Source: an uncultured Planctomycetota bacterium
GTDB lineage: Bacteria > Planctomycetota > Planctomycetia > Isosphaerales > Isosphaeraceae
Length of the DNA stretch: 64,000 bases
Assembly (NCBI GenBank): GCA_963823665.1
Contig: CAWGMQ010000008.1
Span: 1,920,001-1,984,000 of the forward strand
Direction: 5' to 3'
Shown: one piece after another, positions 14,002 through 25,036 of the stretch
How positions within the stretch are numbered: position 1 is the first letter of the stretch
How the letters are laid out: each line of letters begins with the position of its first letter
Program-made: the position numbers and the translations under genes
The notes under the pieces: generated by a model
What the model was told of the DNA's origin: nothing
The model's database searches: none
The model's input: only the letters and a program-made list of their open reading frames with translations

Positions 14002-14061
14002 TGTCACGGCAGTGATCGCCTAATTTTGACCCCCCATGCTCGTCTGAAACTGACCCCCTCG
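14002..14061 (+). mobile_element. Isolated IS21-type terminal sequence
   Basis: Starts TGTCA, followed by two internal direct repeats (TTTTGACCCC and AACTGACCCC), as in IS21 ends. Confidence 0.5.
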
Positions 14062-14142
14062 GTTCTTGAAATTAGCCGTTCTGGGCAAACGCGGCTGTTT
14101 GCTTCTTACTGCGATCTCTTTCCCTTCTTCTGTTTCATCAAC

Positions 14143-14457
14143 TCACAGAACCGATACGGGAAGTGTGCGCGGCTGCTTGACCGGAGGGATGGCATCCGGG
14201 ACGTCGTTGCGACCCAAGCTGACACGATACAAGAATCGCAGGGCGGAGCGAGTCTGCTGGTAGTAGCTGAGGGAGACACGGCGCTCTTGCACGAGGTGAA
14301 CGAGGAAGGCGGGGACGTCTTCAGGGCTGATGTGCTCCGGCGACGATTTGAAGTAGCGTGCGAAGCGAGCAATGCATTGGACGTGGGATTCGATGGTCTG
14401 TGGCGTGAAATTGCGGAGGGTCGTATCCTCGATCATGCGGCGGGGCAAGGGGGTCAT
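14143..14457 (-). pseudogene. Tyrosine integrase N-terminal remnant, copy 2
   Basis: MTPLPRRMIED...RSALRFLYRVSLG...KQPRTLPV, truncated before the catalytic domain. Confidence 0.85.
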
Positions 14458-15193
14458 GGGCGGCTCATTTGCGAGTAAATGGGATTGAGTGAGAGACGAC
14501 CCGTTCAGGATGCCGCATCGGAGCAGAGATGGGGCACATGATAGTTAGCGCGCGGAGAAGGAAGCCACGCGCAACGAGGCGGACGATGGCAGCACGAGGG
14601 GAGGACAGTCGAGGAAAGATGCCGGTGCTGCAACGGTCGAGCGGGAGCTCTTTCGTGCCCACCGCGGAGCGAGTTAGCTTAACCCCGGAACCCATGATTT
14701 GTTGCCATGTTCCCTAGCGGACCTGATCCAGGTCGAACCAGTTAGCGTCTGCCCCTTCACATCTAGATGAGTGAGGAACGCCGCGTCTACCGCGGTCGAC
14801 TGACGGCGCGAAAGCCCGCTCGACTTCGCCAAGCAACGAGCCGATGTTGCGGGCGGCACAGGAGCCGTAGCGATCAGAGGACGTTGTATCTATCACAATG
14901 ACTTAGAGTCCGAGTGTGACATGCGACGTCTCTGATTGATTGCGTTTAAAAAATGCCTGCATTCCCTTTTTTTTGTGGACCTCCAGCACGATCTGATCGT
15001 AACGAGGGTCTGTGAGCTCTGGCGTCTGGATGACTTCGCTTATCCCGTGTTCTCGAAGGTTCATGGCACCATCGTGGCTTAGGGGAGAAAGGAATAAGCT
15101 GCTTACGCCAGATCGGAGACGAAGGATCGGAGTTTGCTCATTACGGCCGGAATTACCTCGGGTTGCCATATTGGACATAAAGGTAGGATAAAG

Positions 15194-17828
15194 CTGACGT
15201 TCCGCACATCTGCCCCTGATTATCTCCGAATTACCGCCGCCCAAGTCAGTCGACGAGGGCTGGGCAGCGCCGATTACACCGAGGCTGGCCCAGGGACGCG
15301 ATGTGACTCGCGGCCGCACGGCCATTGCCTCGCGCACGCGTCCGGTGTGATCGCCGCGGTTCGCGCCCGCTCGCCGGTAGGCCACTACGCCAAGACTCCC
15401 TGCCTGACATCGACATCTTCTCGTCAAGTCAAGCCTAACCGCAGTGTCCAATTCCACGAGCCAGAAATTTCTGTAATTCTTCAGTTGGCCGATCTTCGAC
15501 GTAAGTCTCGCCGAGTGTGACAACCCAAGTAGCCAGTCGAGAACATCTTTGTCCTTCCCCCAGAGAAAGAGCTGTTTTTCTCGGGAAAAAGCGCTTCTCG
15601 AAATCACCAAGCGCGATTTGACCAACCGTTTGTCGAAATCGAGTCCCGACGTAGGTCCAATTCGACGCGACTTACGTCAAATTACAACATCATACTTAAG
15701 GTGGCGGAATCCGTGGATGCCTTGAAGATTTCTCCTCCAGGACAATCATGTCCGCAGGAATCTCGGCGAGACAGTCGCTCTGCTTCATGTGTCCAGAGCG
15801 GCCCCAGCGTATCTTGTCTATGCCGATCACACGCGTTCCTAAGGAGCAACACGGATGCAGAAGCCCAAGAAACGACACGTTCCTTCTTCGACTGTCCCCC
15901 CACGCCCCGGTGAGATCGCTCGCGCCAAGGGACAGGCTCTTAGCTCGTACCGAATCGACGCCCTACCTGTCGTCAGTCAACTCCTCGAACGCATGCGCCT
16001 CGACGAGTTTCTCCGATCGTATCTCCCACGCGCCGATCGGCGCTGCCGAATCGCTCCTACGCTGGGAATCTCGCTCCTGCTCAAAAATGTTCTCCTCTCC
16101 CGCGAGCCTTTGTACGGCATCGGAGAATGGGCGGCGAGGTTTGCTCCTGAGGCACTCGGCTTCAACGACAGCCAACTGCCTTCTCTCAACGACGACCGGA
16201 TAGGACGCTGTCTCGATCGCTTGTTCCAAAGCGATATCACCTCATTGGTCCTGGCGCTGGTGGCCCATGTGATCAAAGAATTCGACGTGGACCTCGACGA
16301 GCTCCACAACGACTCCACCACCATCACCTTCCATGGTGCATACGCTGACGCGGCCAAGGAAGAAATGCGGGGCAAACGGACCAGGATGGCGATCACCTGG
16401 GGTTACAACAAGGATCATCGCCCAGACCTTAAGCAACTACTTTACATCCTCACAGTGGCCAAGGACGGTGCCGTTCCGTTGTACTTCCAGGTTGCCAGCG
16501 GCAACGTGGCGGACGATCAAACCCACCGCGCTACCTGGGATCTTCTCTGTCGCCTGACGGGAAGGCGAGATTTCCTCTACGTCGCGGACTGCAAGCTGGC
16601 CAGCGCCGAGAACATGGCCCATATCCATCAACGCCAAGGCCGGTTTTTAACCGTGCTGCCGCGGACTCGGTCAGAGGACGGCATCTTCCGAGACTCACTC
16701 GGCAGTGGCCAGATCCAGTGGCGGCACATCCATGACAAGCGAAATGACGACGGCAAGATTGTGGATAAGTACTCGATCTCCGAGCCGGGTTCGCTGAGCG
16801 TCGAAGGATACCGACTGGTTTGGTACCACAGTACGCGCAAAGCCGAGCAGGATTCCCATGCGCGTCATCAACAGGTCGAAAGAGCCTTGATCGAATTGTC
16901 GGAGCTGCGTTTGAAGCTCTCATCTCCGCGGACGCGGTTTTGACAAGAGGCGAAGGTTGTGGATGCCGTTCAGGAAATCCTCCGGGCGCGGGCGCTGAGA
17001 ATTGGATCGTCACGGAGATCAAAGAGCGAACCGAGGAGAGGTTCCGCCAGGACCGGCGAGGTCGACCGAATGATCAAACGCGATACGTCAGGAAGACGAG
17101 CACTCGCTTCGAGCTGGCGTATCACATCGATCACGAGAGACTCGTCGCGGAAACGGCGGGTGACGGAGTCTTCCCTTTGATCACGAACGACCATTCACTG
17201 TCGGGCTTGGAAATGTTGCTGGCCTACAAGGGCCAGCCGGCGCTGGAGAAACGGTTTTCGCACTTGAAGACGGACTTCGAAGTCGCCCCGGTTTATCTTA
17301 AGGAGGCCAGCCGGATTCAGGCGTTGCTCTGTGTCTATTTTCTGGTGCTCCTGGCTGAATCGCTACTCGAACGCGAGCTGCGTCGTGCCATGGACCGCGA
17401 GGCGATTGAAAGCCTGCCTCTGTATCCAGAAAGTCGGAAGTGTCGCCATCCCACAGCTCGTCGGCTGATCGACCTGTTTGAGGATGTGCAACGGCACTCG
17501 CTGCAAGTCGGACGGCGACCGTCAGTGGTTTTCACAACTCAATTGAGCCGGCTGCAACGGCAGGTGCTGCGTCTGCTTGGTATGTCGAAAGTCTACGATG
17601 GCTGATTTGGTCAGCCAGCGTGCGACTGTTCTCGACGGCGCTGAACCGCAAGACATAAGCGTGAGCGGATAACAACTCTTGCGATAGTCAAGCAGTCGAG
17701 CCCTCAAATCGACCATGGGTTGCGAGCGGTAATCGACTGCTGACTTGCGTGAGAGACCCCCAGCGCCTGCCCGATTTACCGCCGGGCGATATTCCGGGAT
17801 AATCAAGGGCAGATGTGCGGAACGTCAG
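15194..17828 (+). mobile_element. IS1634-family element
   Basis: Terminal inverted repeats CTGACGTTCCGCACATCTGCCCCTGATTAT and ATAATCAAGGGCAGATGTGCGGAACGTCAG enclose the transposase. Confidence 0.85.
15855..17605 (+). pseudogene. IS1634-family transposase (nonsense at 16941-16943, frameshift near 16990)
   Basis: LHNDSTTITFHG, GYNKDHRPDLKQ, YVADCKL, YKGQPALEKRFSHLK. Confidence 0.9.
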
Positions 17829-19728
17829 CACGATCGACCCTTCCCTTCCATTTCTCGAAGCTGGCGACTCCGCTTTTGTCAGATTCTTGAACGTCGAACT
17901 GCGGGAATGTTTGTTCGACGTGCGAGTTTAGCTCGATGAGGGCTTTCTCCGCAGAGCCAACATGGTTGCGGAATTGTTCGCGCCTCTCTAATATCTCGCC
18001 GGAACTTGAGAAGTTCCGATGCAAAGTTGCTACGCCTTGCTGCTCGTAGTCATGGAAAAGCTCTTCCGACATGGACGCTGCTAGCGCCCAATCCCCGAAG
18101 AAGCGTCTGAAGAGTGTGAATAGCGTTCTGTCATAGAGACTAAACGATAGTGAGTTTACAATTTCGGCAGAAGGATCGATAACCGTGAGAATCTCAAGGT
18201 GGACTCGATCCTCCATTGCTTCCTTGAGGAAGAATTTGACCAGTGGTCCGGGTAGATTAGCGTAGATTCTCTTGACGGATCTCAGGTCGGCGACGCGATG
18301 CTCGCCGATGTCAAACGCGTCAAATCTGCTACCTAATCCCTCAACAGTTTTCTTGATGGCGGGATGATATTGCTTGATATTGTATCCGCGGAACTCCTTC
18401 AAAGAGTCAGTCGCGTATTCTGATATCATTTCGGCAATGGGGAGTGCCAGTTCAATTGTGGTCACTTTCATAAGGTAATTGCAGAAAGTCGACTGTGGCG
18501 CATATCTTCCCAGCTTGTCGGCACTGGTCATCAAGGCGCGAAGTGCGAGGACTCGTGTGGACACCGCTGCCGAATGCTCATATATCGCTTTCATCCGTTC
18601 GCAAACATCATCTGCAAAGGGGAATTGATAGCCGCCGACGCGCTCTTGAATTGCCGTCGCATAGGCGAGCAGAACGGGATTCAAAACAGAGTCACACGCC
18701 CTCGCAATGTCGGGTAGCCACTTTACAGGAACGCGATGGAAGCTCTCGAGCACTAAAGCGTGGTCCAACAAAGACGTGTACGACAACACTTCCATCAGCC
18801 CACTGAGCCGCTCATGCGATGGAATAGCATTCGGGAATGCGTCTTCTAGGGCAGTTATGATATTCTCCAATGCTTCGCGTGGGTTCGCTCTCGCGTCCAT
18901 TGAGACACGATACGTAGTCAACGACGACAACAAGCTCTTCACATCTTGATAGCGGCCTTCGGGGTTTTCCGCGGTCGCTCGGCGAACAATGTGATCGAGT
19001 CCACCAGGCAGCTTAGTGGAATCAACCCATCTGGGTGTCAAACCGGTCAGTAAGTGATACAACATTTTCCCAAGTTGATAGACGTCAGTGCGACGCTCTG
19101 TTTGAGCGCCGCCTCCCGATTGCCGCTGCTCTGGGGCAAGGTAGTCCTCGGTGCCGAGTTGCTGGATGCCTGTGGTAAGGACCGTCGTGTCCCGGTCCTC
19201 AAATGTTGCGAGGCCAAGATCCGATATGACTACGGACCCATCCAGTAGTCTTAAGATGTTCGCTGGCTTCAGATCACGATGCACGACATTTCGATCATGA
19301 ATGTCTATCACGCCTTTGCAGATTTGCTCAAACATATCTAAGACCAGCGTTTCATTGCCTTTAAAACTGGCTTTAGCATCTTCTAAGGACTCCGCGCCTA
19401 AAGGCATAACGAAGTATGGCGGCTCATGTTCCAGGTTCACATCGAGGATAGGAATTACAGATGGGCTGCTGATGCTCTTCATGATTCGCACTTCGCGGGC
19501 GAATCGCTGGCGAGACACATTTTCGCGGCAGTACTTCAGGGCGACCGCGGGATTGCCCCGAGCATCTTGAACTTTGAGAACATCGCCCATTCCGCCTCTG
19601 CCGATTTTGTCTCGAACGACATATATACCATCGACAGTGTCGCCGACCTGGAAACGATAGGGCTTCGCAGACGCCGAGTCTGCTGTTTTGCCCGCGACGT
19701 TACTACTACCCAACGCGCCTTCAAACAT
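17803..19728 (-). CDS. Soluble Ser/Thr kinase with long helical C-terminus; 3' end cut by IS1634
   Basis: IGRGGMGDV, VALK, HRDLKPAN, SDLGLA, GTEDYLAPEQ; no TM segment; visibly lower GC; the last residues are encoded by the IS end. Confidence 0.9.
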   Translation of the reverse strand: MFEGALGSSNVAGKTADSASAKPYRFQVGDTVDGIYVVRDKIGRGGMGDVLKVQDARGNPAVALKYCRENVSRQRFAREVRIMKSISSPSVIPILDVNLEHEPPYFVMPLGAESLEDAKASFKGNETLVLDMFEQICKGVIDIHDRNVVHRDLKPANILRLLDGSVVISDLGLATFEDRDTTVLTTGIQQLGTEDYLAPEQRQSGGGAQTERRTDVYQLGKMLYHLLTGLTPRWVDSTKLPGGLDHIVRRATAENPEGRYQDVKSLLSSLTTYRVSMDARANPREALENIITALEDAFPNAIPSHERLSGLMEVLSYTSLLDHALVLESFHRVPVKWLPDIARACDSVLNPVLLAYATAIQERVGGYQFPFADDVCERMKAIYEHSAAVSTRVLALRALMTSADKLGRYAPQSTFCNYLMKVTTIELALPIAEMISEYATDSLKEFRGYNIKQYHPAIKKTVEGLGSRFDAFDIGEHRVADLRSVKRIYANLPGPLVKFFLKEAMEDRVHLEILTVIDPSAEIVNSLSFSLYDRTLFTLFRRFFGDWALAASMSEELFHDYEQQGVATLHRNFSSSGEILERREQFRNHVGSAEKALIELNSHVEQTFPQFDVQESDKSGVASFEKWKGRVDRADVPHICP

Positions 19729-19886
19729 TGCAATCGCCCCAACGCGCCACGATACATGTACGCACTCATCGCCGGAAGAAAATGCGGCATAGCTGGATGC
19801 TCATTTTCCAAATGACCTCTTGACCGTGCAAGCGACTGCGCTGATAAACAGTCACCGTGTCCTGTTCATCGCGCCACAATCGCCCG

Positions 19887-20633
19887 TCAACTCTTGAAAT
19901 AAACCGCCTTATCGAGTTGTCGATAGAGGAACGAGATAAAACTCAGAATGTCCAAGCAGTCGGCCATCTCGATTGGCCAGTCTGCGGCGGGCTCGTGGGA
20001 AGTTGGATTTCTAATCGCGCCCATCAGGCCCGCCGAGAGGAACTTCACTCCATCCTGAACATTCTTGTCGGTGTCGGTCTGGCACGCGGTGATCTTGAGG
20101 CAACCCTTATCCCAGCCCCAGACCTCGAGCATCAGCGATTGCCCGTCCTTCGCGCTCTGGGCTTTCTGTCGAACCGCCTTGTTGTATGCCTTCGCGGCCT
20201 CAAAGACGGCATGAAACAGGTGGCCGTCCATGAACAGGGCTCGCGCGTGCTTGATCACCTCGGCGTGGAATCCCCTCCCCATGAATAGGTTGTGGTCCTC
20301 GCGATTCAGCTTGGCAGCCGCGATGCCGCAGCTCTGCAGCACCTTCGATACGCGGGGCCAACCGTCCTCCCCCGACAGCTCTCGGAAGAACTTGATGAGA
20401 CGGCCTTCCCGCTCTTCCTGCGTTAGTTCGGCCTTGGCGAGGGAGAGCACCCAGTCGTGGACTCCCTGCGCCCGCACGGAAGTGATCGCGTCGTTCGCGA
20501 AAGCCTCCTTTCGCACTCGCAACACGGCCGCCCCGATCCGATCCACCTCGTTGACCGTGGTCGAATATTTCAGGGCATCGCCAGCTTGTACGGCGATCAG
20601 TCGGGCGTTCATGAACGGTCTGGTCCTGGCCAA
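19887..20633 (-). CDS. TIGR02391 (Ymh-like, HEPN-related) family protein
   Basis: FHAEV...LFMDGHLFHAVFEAAK...DGQSLM...GAIRNPTSHEP (RNxxxH motif). Confidence 0.85.
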   Translation of the reverse strand: MARTRPFMNARLIAVQAGDALKYSTTVNEVDRIGAAVLRVRKEAFANDAITSVRAQGVHDWVLSLAKAELTQEEREGRLIKFFRELSGEDGWPRVSKVLQSCGIAAAKLNREDHNLFMGRGFHAEVIKHARALFMDGHLFHAVFEAAKAYNKAVRQKAQSAKDGQSLMLEVWGWDKGCLKITACQTDTDKNVQDGVKFLSAGLMGAIRNPTSHEPAADWPIEMADCLDILSFISFLYRQLDKAVYFKS

Positions 20634-20634
20634 C

Positions 20635-21501
20635 TCAACTCGGCTTTAGTGTGCTTTCGTCAATGCTATCCATCATCGCGTTTAGGAACAGCAGCCCGCG
20701 ATTAAATAACCCAATCAACTGGGCGCGGTCCATACAGGTCTGCTTAGCACCGGAGAGCTGGTCCATCAGCCTGTCGGCATCCTCCCCGAGCCGAGCAAAG
20801 TGACCGGCGGATAAGGAAGCGCGGGCGCATTGGCTACCGACCGAAACCAATTTCGCGCTCCACCGTCTAGCTTCTTCTTGTTTGGGGCGTCGCCTGACGA
20901 GTTCTGTAATCGCGGCGCCGATGCACTCGCGCAACGAAATCAGGACCGAGACCGCTCCCCCATCCCCGACCACCGGCCGTTCCATCGACCCTTTCGCCTC
21001 GTGCAGCAGGTCCAGCGCAGGCCGTGAATCTCCGCCGCGACGATCGAGCCCGATCCGACGCATCGATGACAGGGCTTTTTCAAACAGCGGAAACCGCTCC
21101 AGAGTCTGATTAATGCTCGTCATCGCCGATGCCGCGGCAGGGGGTGCTTGAAGCGCGCCGTGGAAAGGGGCGAACCACGTCACCGCGCCGGCGACTGCGG
21201 AATTGGCTGAAGACATTGCCATGGCGCTGAAAGAGTTGACGCTCGGCTGTATAGCTTGAAGGCGCGCCGCCATTCCATGCCAGCTTATCCAACCCTGCTT
21301 TTGTCGCGTCCATTCTCCCGTAGGCATCTGGTCTGCCGGGATTTCCCTGTAGACCTGAGCAAGCGGCTTGGCAATATCCTGCACGAAACGGGCGGATTCC
21401 ATGATCGCCTGGCCCATGCTTTCCACGTGTTTGGCCGCCGGCGCCGCATCGTGAAGCAGTCGGATCAGCTCTTCTTTTTCCTTCTCCGCGTCGTCAGCCA
21501 C
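20635..21501 (-). CDS. Hypothetical helical protein
   Basis: 288-aa ORF abutting the TIGR02391 gene, with a purine-rich RBS-like sequence upstream. Confidence 0.7.
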   Translation of the reverse strand: MADDAEKEKEELIRLLHDAAPAAKHVESMGQAIMESARFVQDIAKPLAQVYREIPADQMPTGEWTRQKQGWISWHGMAARLQAIQPSVNSFSAMAMSSANSAVAGAVTWFAPFHGALQAPPAAASAMTSINQTLERFPLFEKALSSMRRIGLDRRGGDSRPALDLLHEAKGSMERPVVGDGGAVSVLISLRECIGAAITELVRRRPKQEEARRWSAKLVSVGSQCARASLSAGHFARLGEDADRLMDQLSGAKQTCMDRAQLIGLFNRGLLFLNAMMDSIDESTLKPS

Positions 21502-21639
21502 CGAATCACCCCCGCATTTCGCGGTTCAGATCTCGCCCCATCACATACGACACAAGTCTCGCGGGCGATGTTCGCCTGTACGCTTCATTCTACCAAACCG
21601 GGCAGACTCGGCGGCACGCGGACCTGCTTACGCCCAGCT

Positions 21640-21960
21640 AAGGTGCGAAACGCGAGCTAACCGCCTAGCGTCCAACTCTCGACGGGGTTAGCCAAGCTTC
21701 GTAACCCGATCTCTAGGCATCCCGCCCGCTCGGTAGCTCGATCAGTTGTATAAGCGAAACCGCGGCCGGTGGGGCCGCCAGTCCGCCAGCACGTTGCCGG
21801 GTCGGAGCGCGTCGTGCACACGCTTCGGGCCGGGGCGTTGCACCTTGCCCCCACTGGCCGTGTCCTCGATGATCTTTTCGCACCCGGTCGGCTTCAGGGG
21901 GTCACGCTGCAAGTCGGGATTCTGCTCCGTTGTCGAAACTCTCGCATGGCCGATGATCAT
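21640..21960 (-). pseudogene. Serine resolvase/invertase N-terminal remnant
   Basis: MIIGHARVSTTEQNPDLQRD...GCEKIIEDTASG...LRPGNVL, then degraded. Confidence 0.85.
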
Positions 21961-22245
21961 ACCTCATCCGCTTGCCGCTCGAGTTCGGAAACCTGCCGGA
22001 GTGTTTGGGAGCGGGCTTTTTGCGATCGAGCAGCCAAGTCACCGGAGCAACGAAGGAAACCTCGGTTAAATTTACAGCCCCCGGTGTCGACAACCGTTGG
22101 CCGCGCCGCCATCGCACGCACCACAAGGCGCGCGTCGGTGAAGTCGGATCGAAGTGGAGAAGAGTGGGTATCAACGCGCACTGGTCAGGGCCGTGTAATT
22201 GCTTCACGGCCGTTCAATCTGGACGAGCGGCAGGCCAGTTGTCCA

Positions 22246-22837
22246 TCATGCCGTCGGCACAGCGGGAGAGAGAATTGAGATAACGGTATCTCTCAAGGCC
22301 GTTGCCTGCTCCCCCTGTGCAATGAGATCCGCTATCTCTGGATCCGCCAACTGTGTGTAAAGCATGGTCACTTTGTCCAACCGACCCTTCCGCCCGAGAA
22401 GCGCAGCCAGGGTCTTGTGCGGAATCAGCAACCCCTCGTCCACAGCCGCTGGCGGAACAGGCTCCCCAAGCAGGCGCTCCAGTGCCGGAAGTGCCTCGAA
22501 GAATATCACTTCGATTTCTGGTACGAAGGCAAAGACCCCGACCTCGCGATCCCTGCCATTCATCATGCCGGGAATGAGGCTTTCAACGGCTGCGCGTGTA
22601 GAGCGCCTTCTGCTCCTCGACCATATCGTCCATGGTCGTGTCCGCATCCATCACGATGAGGACCGGACCACCTTCGTGGAAGAACAGGTTTCGAGCAACG
22701 GTGACGAGGGAAGTGCGGCCCTGGGCGGCGAAAACGCGTGCTCGTCGGGCCAAATCGGCCCCCAAGATGGCGCGGATAGCCATCGCGTCGGTCTTGCCTT
22801 CCACCACGACTAATAGGTTGGAGTCTGCCACGCTCAT
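22246..22837 (-). CDS. TOPRIM-like domain protein (frameshift near 22600)
   Basis: LLVVVEGKTD...VLIVMDAD...PEIEVIFF; ATGA overlap with the upstream nuclease gene. Confidence 0.65.
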
Positions 22838-23394
22838 ACTTCCAACTCTTCGTAGTAGGGGGAGTGGTCGGAAAGGCCGTACTTGCACAACTGGCGGTAT
22901 TTATCCTGGAGCACACCCGCAAAGTTTCGATTCTTTAGACCGCCTTCAATATCTCCCCTTGACCACAACAGGATTCGCTGAGGAGTGGCGAAATCAGCTA
23001 CGATAACGGCTGCGGTCGTAAAATGCTCTCTCGTGAAGACACATCCGAGCGTAGTATCCGGTCTTCTCATGAGCTGATTTCGCAACTTGGCGATCGCCGC
23101 GATGTCCGTGGCCTTCTCATCCTTGCATTCCAGTAGATAGATATGGTGGGGGAGATAGATAATGCCATCGATTTGCTCAAGGGGGTTCCCCGCTGGAGGT
23201 ACGTGATAGGGATACTCCACCTCCAGACCACCAAGCTCGAAAGCGCGGACCACCAGATGCTCCAGTGCTTTGCCGTCACCCCAGCCTGGGGTGTTTCCGC
23301 TCGTGACATTCTCCCAAAGGCCATACAACTCCGGCCATTCCATCGCCCTGATCCAGCCGATGTATTCGAGATCCTTCTCGCTGGGCTTGGCCAC
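22834..23394 (-). CDS. Mrr-like PD-(D/E)XK restriction endonuclease
   Basis: GKALEHLV..AF, EQIDG, LLECKD, GCVF, ILLW. Confidence 0.8.
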   Translation of the reverse strand: MAKPSEKDLEYIGWIRAMEWPELYGLWENVTSGNTPGWGDGKALEHLVVRAFELGGLEVEYPYHVPPAGNPLEQIDGIIYLPHHIYLLECKDEKATDIAAIAKLRNQLMRRPDTTLGCVFTREHFTTAAVIVADFATPQRILLWSRGDIEGGLKNRNFAGVLQDKYRQLCKYGLSDHSPYYEELEV

Positions 23395-25036
23395 CGCAAC
23401 CTCGCTCCCCTAGCACCCCGCCCGTCTCTATTAACGCCATGCTCTCGCGCCAGACGGGGCTGGTCAAGGGTAGTTCCGATCCTGACGGTGACCATCGGCG
23501 CCTTCCTTTCGACCTACCTGCGGGATATCCACTACGGTGGACGACGCAATCTTCCGGTCCAAAGCCAGTGCCCATGAACGCGTCGGTCTGACCGACCGAA
23601 GCGGCCTACGGTGTGCTCAGGTAATCATGCTACACGCCGAGAGTTTGCTCCGTCGTCGAAACCGGTGCATCGCCAATGCTCATCCTCCGCCCCTCTTGCC
23701 GCGAGCGATAAGAAAACCGTCGCAGCGGATGGAAGTGGAGTTTTTGAGACGAAGTCGCTAAACGACCGGTGCAGCAAAGAAAACGGCCGTTAGCCTTTAC
23801 TGCCGCCGAAATGGCCAGCCGAGTCGCCCCGGGGGTCACTCCCTCGGGCTTACGCACAAATTTGCGCCATTCTGGACAATCTAGTAAACCTAGATAGTTT
23901 TACGTAGTATTGTCAAAATGGGTCGTCCGGGTTAGGTTATGCCCGCCTTGCATGACGCACAGGCCGATGAGCACGCTGCTCGATCTTCACCATCGGATGG
24001 TCCTATGCAAGAATGGATTCTTAAAGAGACCGCTGGAGTCGATCTCGGCGACGAACGCCTCGACCGACGATTTCAGACTGTGCTCGACACCATGAGCCAA
24101 AAGCCGTCCCTCAAATTTCCCGCCGGCTGCAACGGCCGCGCCGAAGTAGCGGGGGCTTATCGCTTCCTGGACAACGACAAAGTCGAGAAGGATCAAATCT
24201 TCGCCCCGCACTTCAGCGCCACGTTGGAACGAATCCGCGCGCAAAAGGTCGTGTTGATTCCTCAGGACACGACCGAGCTCGACGTGACTCGGCCTCACGA
24301 GATCATGGTGGGAGCCGGACCGCTGAGCGACGAGTCGCGCGTGGGCTTCTTCGATCACGCGCTCCTTGCCTACACGCCCGAGGGCGTTCCGTTGGGGCTG
24401 GTTGCAGCGGAAATTTGGGCGCGGGACTTCGACGCCTCCGACAAGAGCGCCGACCAAAAGCGGGCCGATCGCCGCGCCAAGTCTATCGAAGAGAAGGAGA
24501 GCCATCGCTGGCTGGAGGGATATCGCGAGGCCTGCCGCATCGCGCAGGAGCGCCCGACACGCTCGTCGTCTGTCTTTCCGACAGCGAGGGGGACATCTAT
24601 GAGTGTCTCTTGGAGGGCCAAAAGGAAACAGAGGGTCCCACGGCCCAATGGATTATTCGGGCCTGTCAGGACCGCGCCTTGATCGTAGACGACGGCGCAC
24701 CTTCCGATTGCCCGACGACGCTGCGTGCCCGACTTGCGAGCACCCCCATCCTGGGTCACCTGACGGTTAACGCCCGAGAGCGCGAGCCCAAAGTGAAGGA
24801 CAGTCGCAAACGGAAACAAGCTCGAGAGGGCGCACAGCTGAACTGACCGTTCAAGCCGCTCGGGTGAAGCTGCGCGGGCCCGCTCGCCCGGGAGGTAAGC
24901 TGCCGGACATCGAAGTCAATTGCGTGCTGGTCACTGAACCCAATCCGCCCGAGGGTGCCGAGCCGATCGAATGGCTGCTGCTGACCAGTCTGCCTATCGA
25001 TACTCTCGAGCAAGTGCTCACGATCGTAATTTTATT

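Noticed and set aside
14903..15625. 240-aa ORF
   Set aside because: It crosses the IS1634 left end, so it is chimeric, and it has no recognisable motifs.
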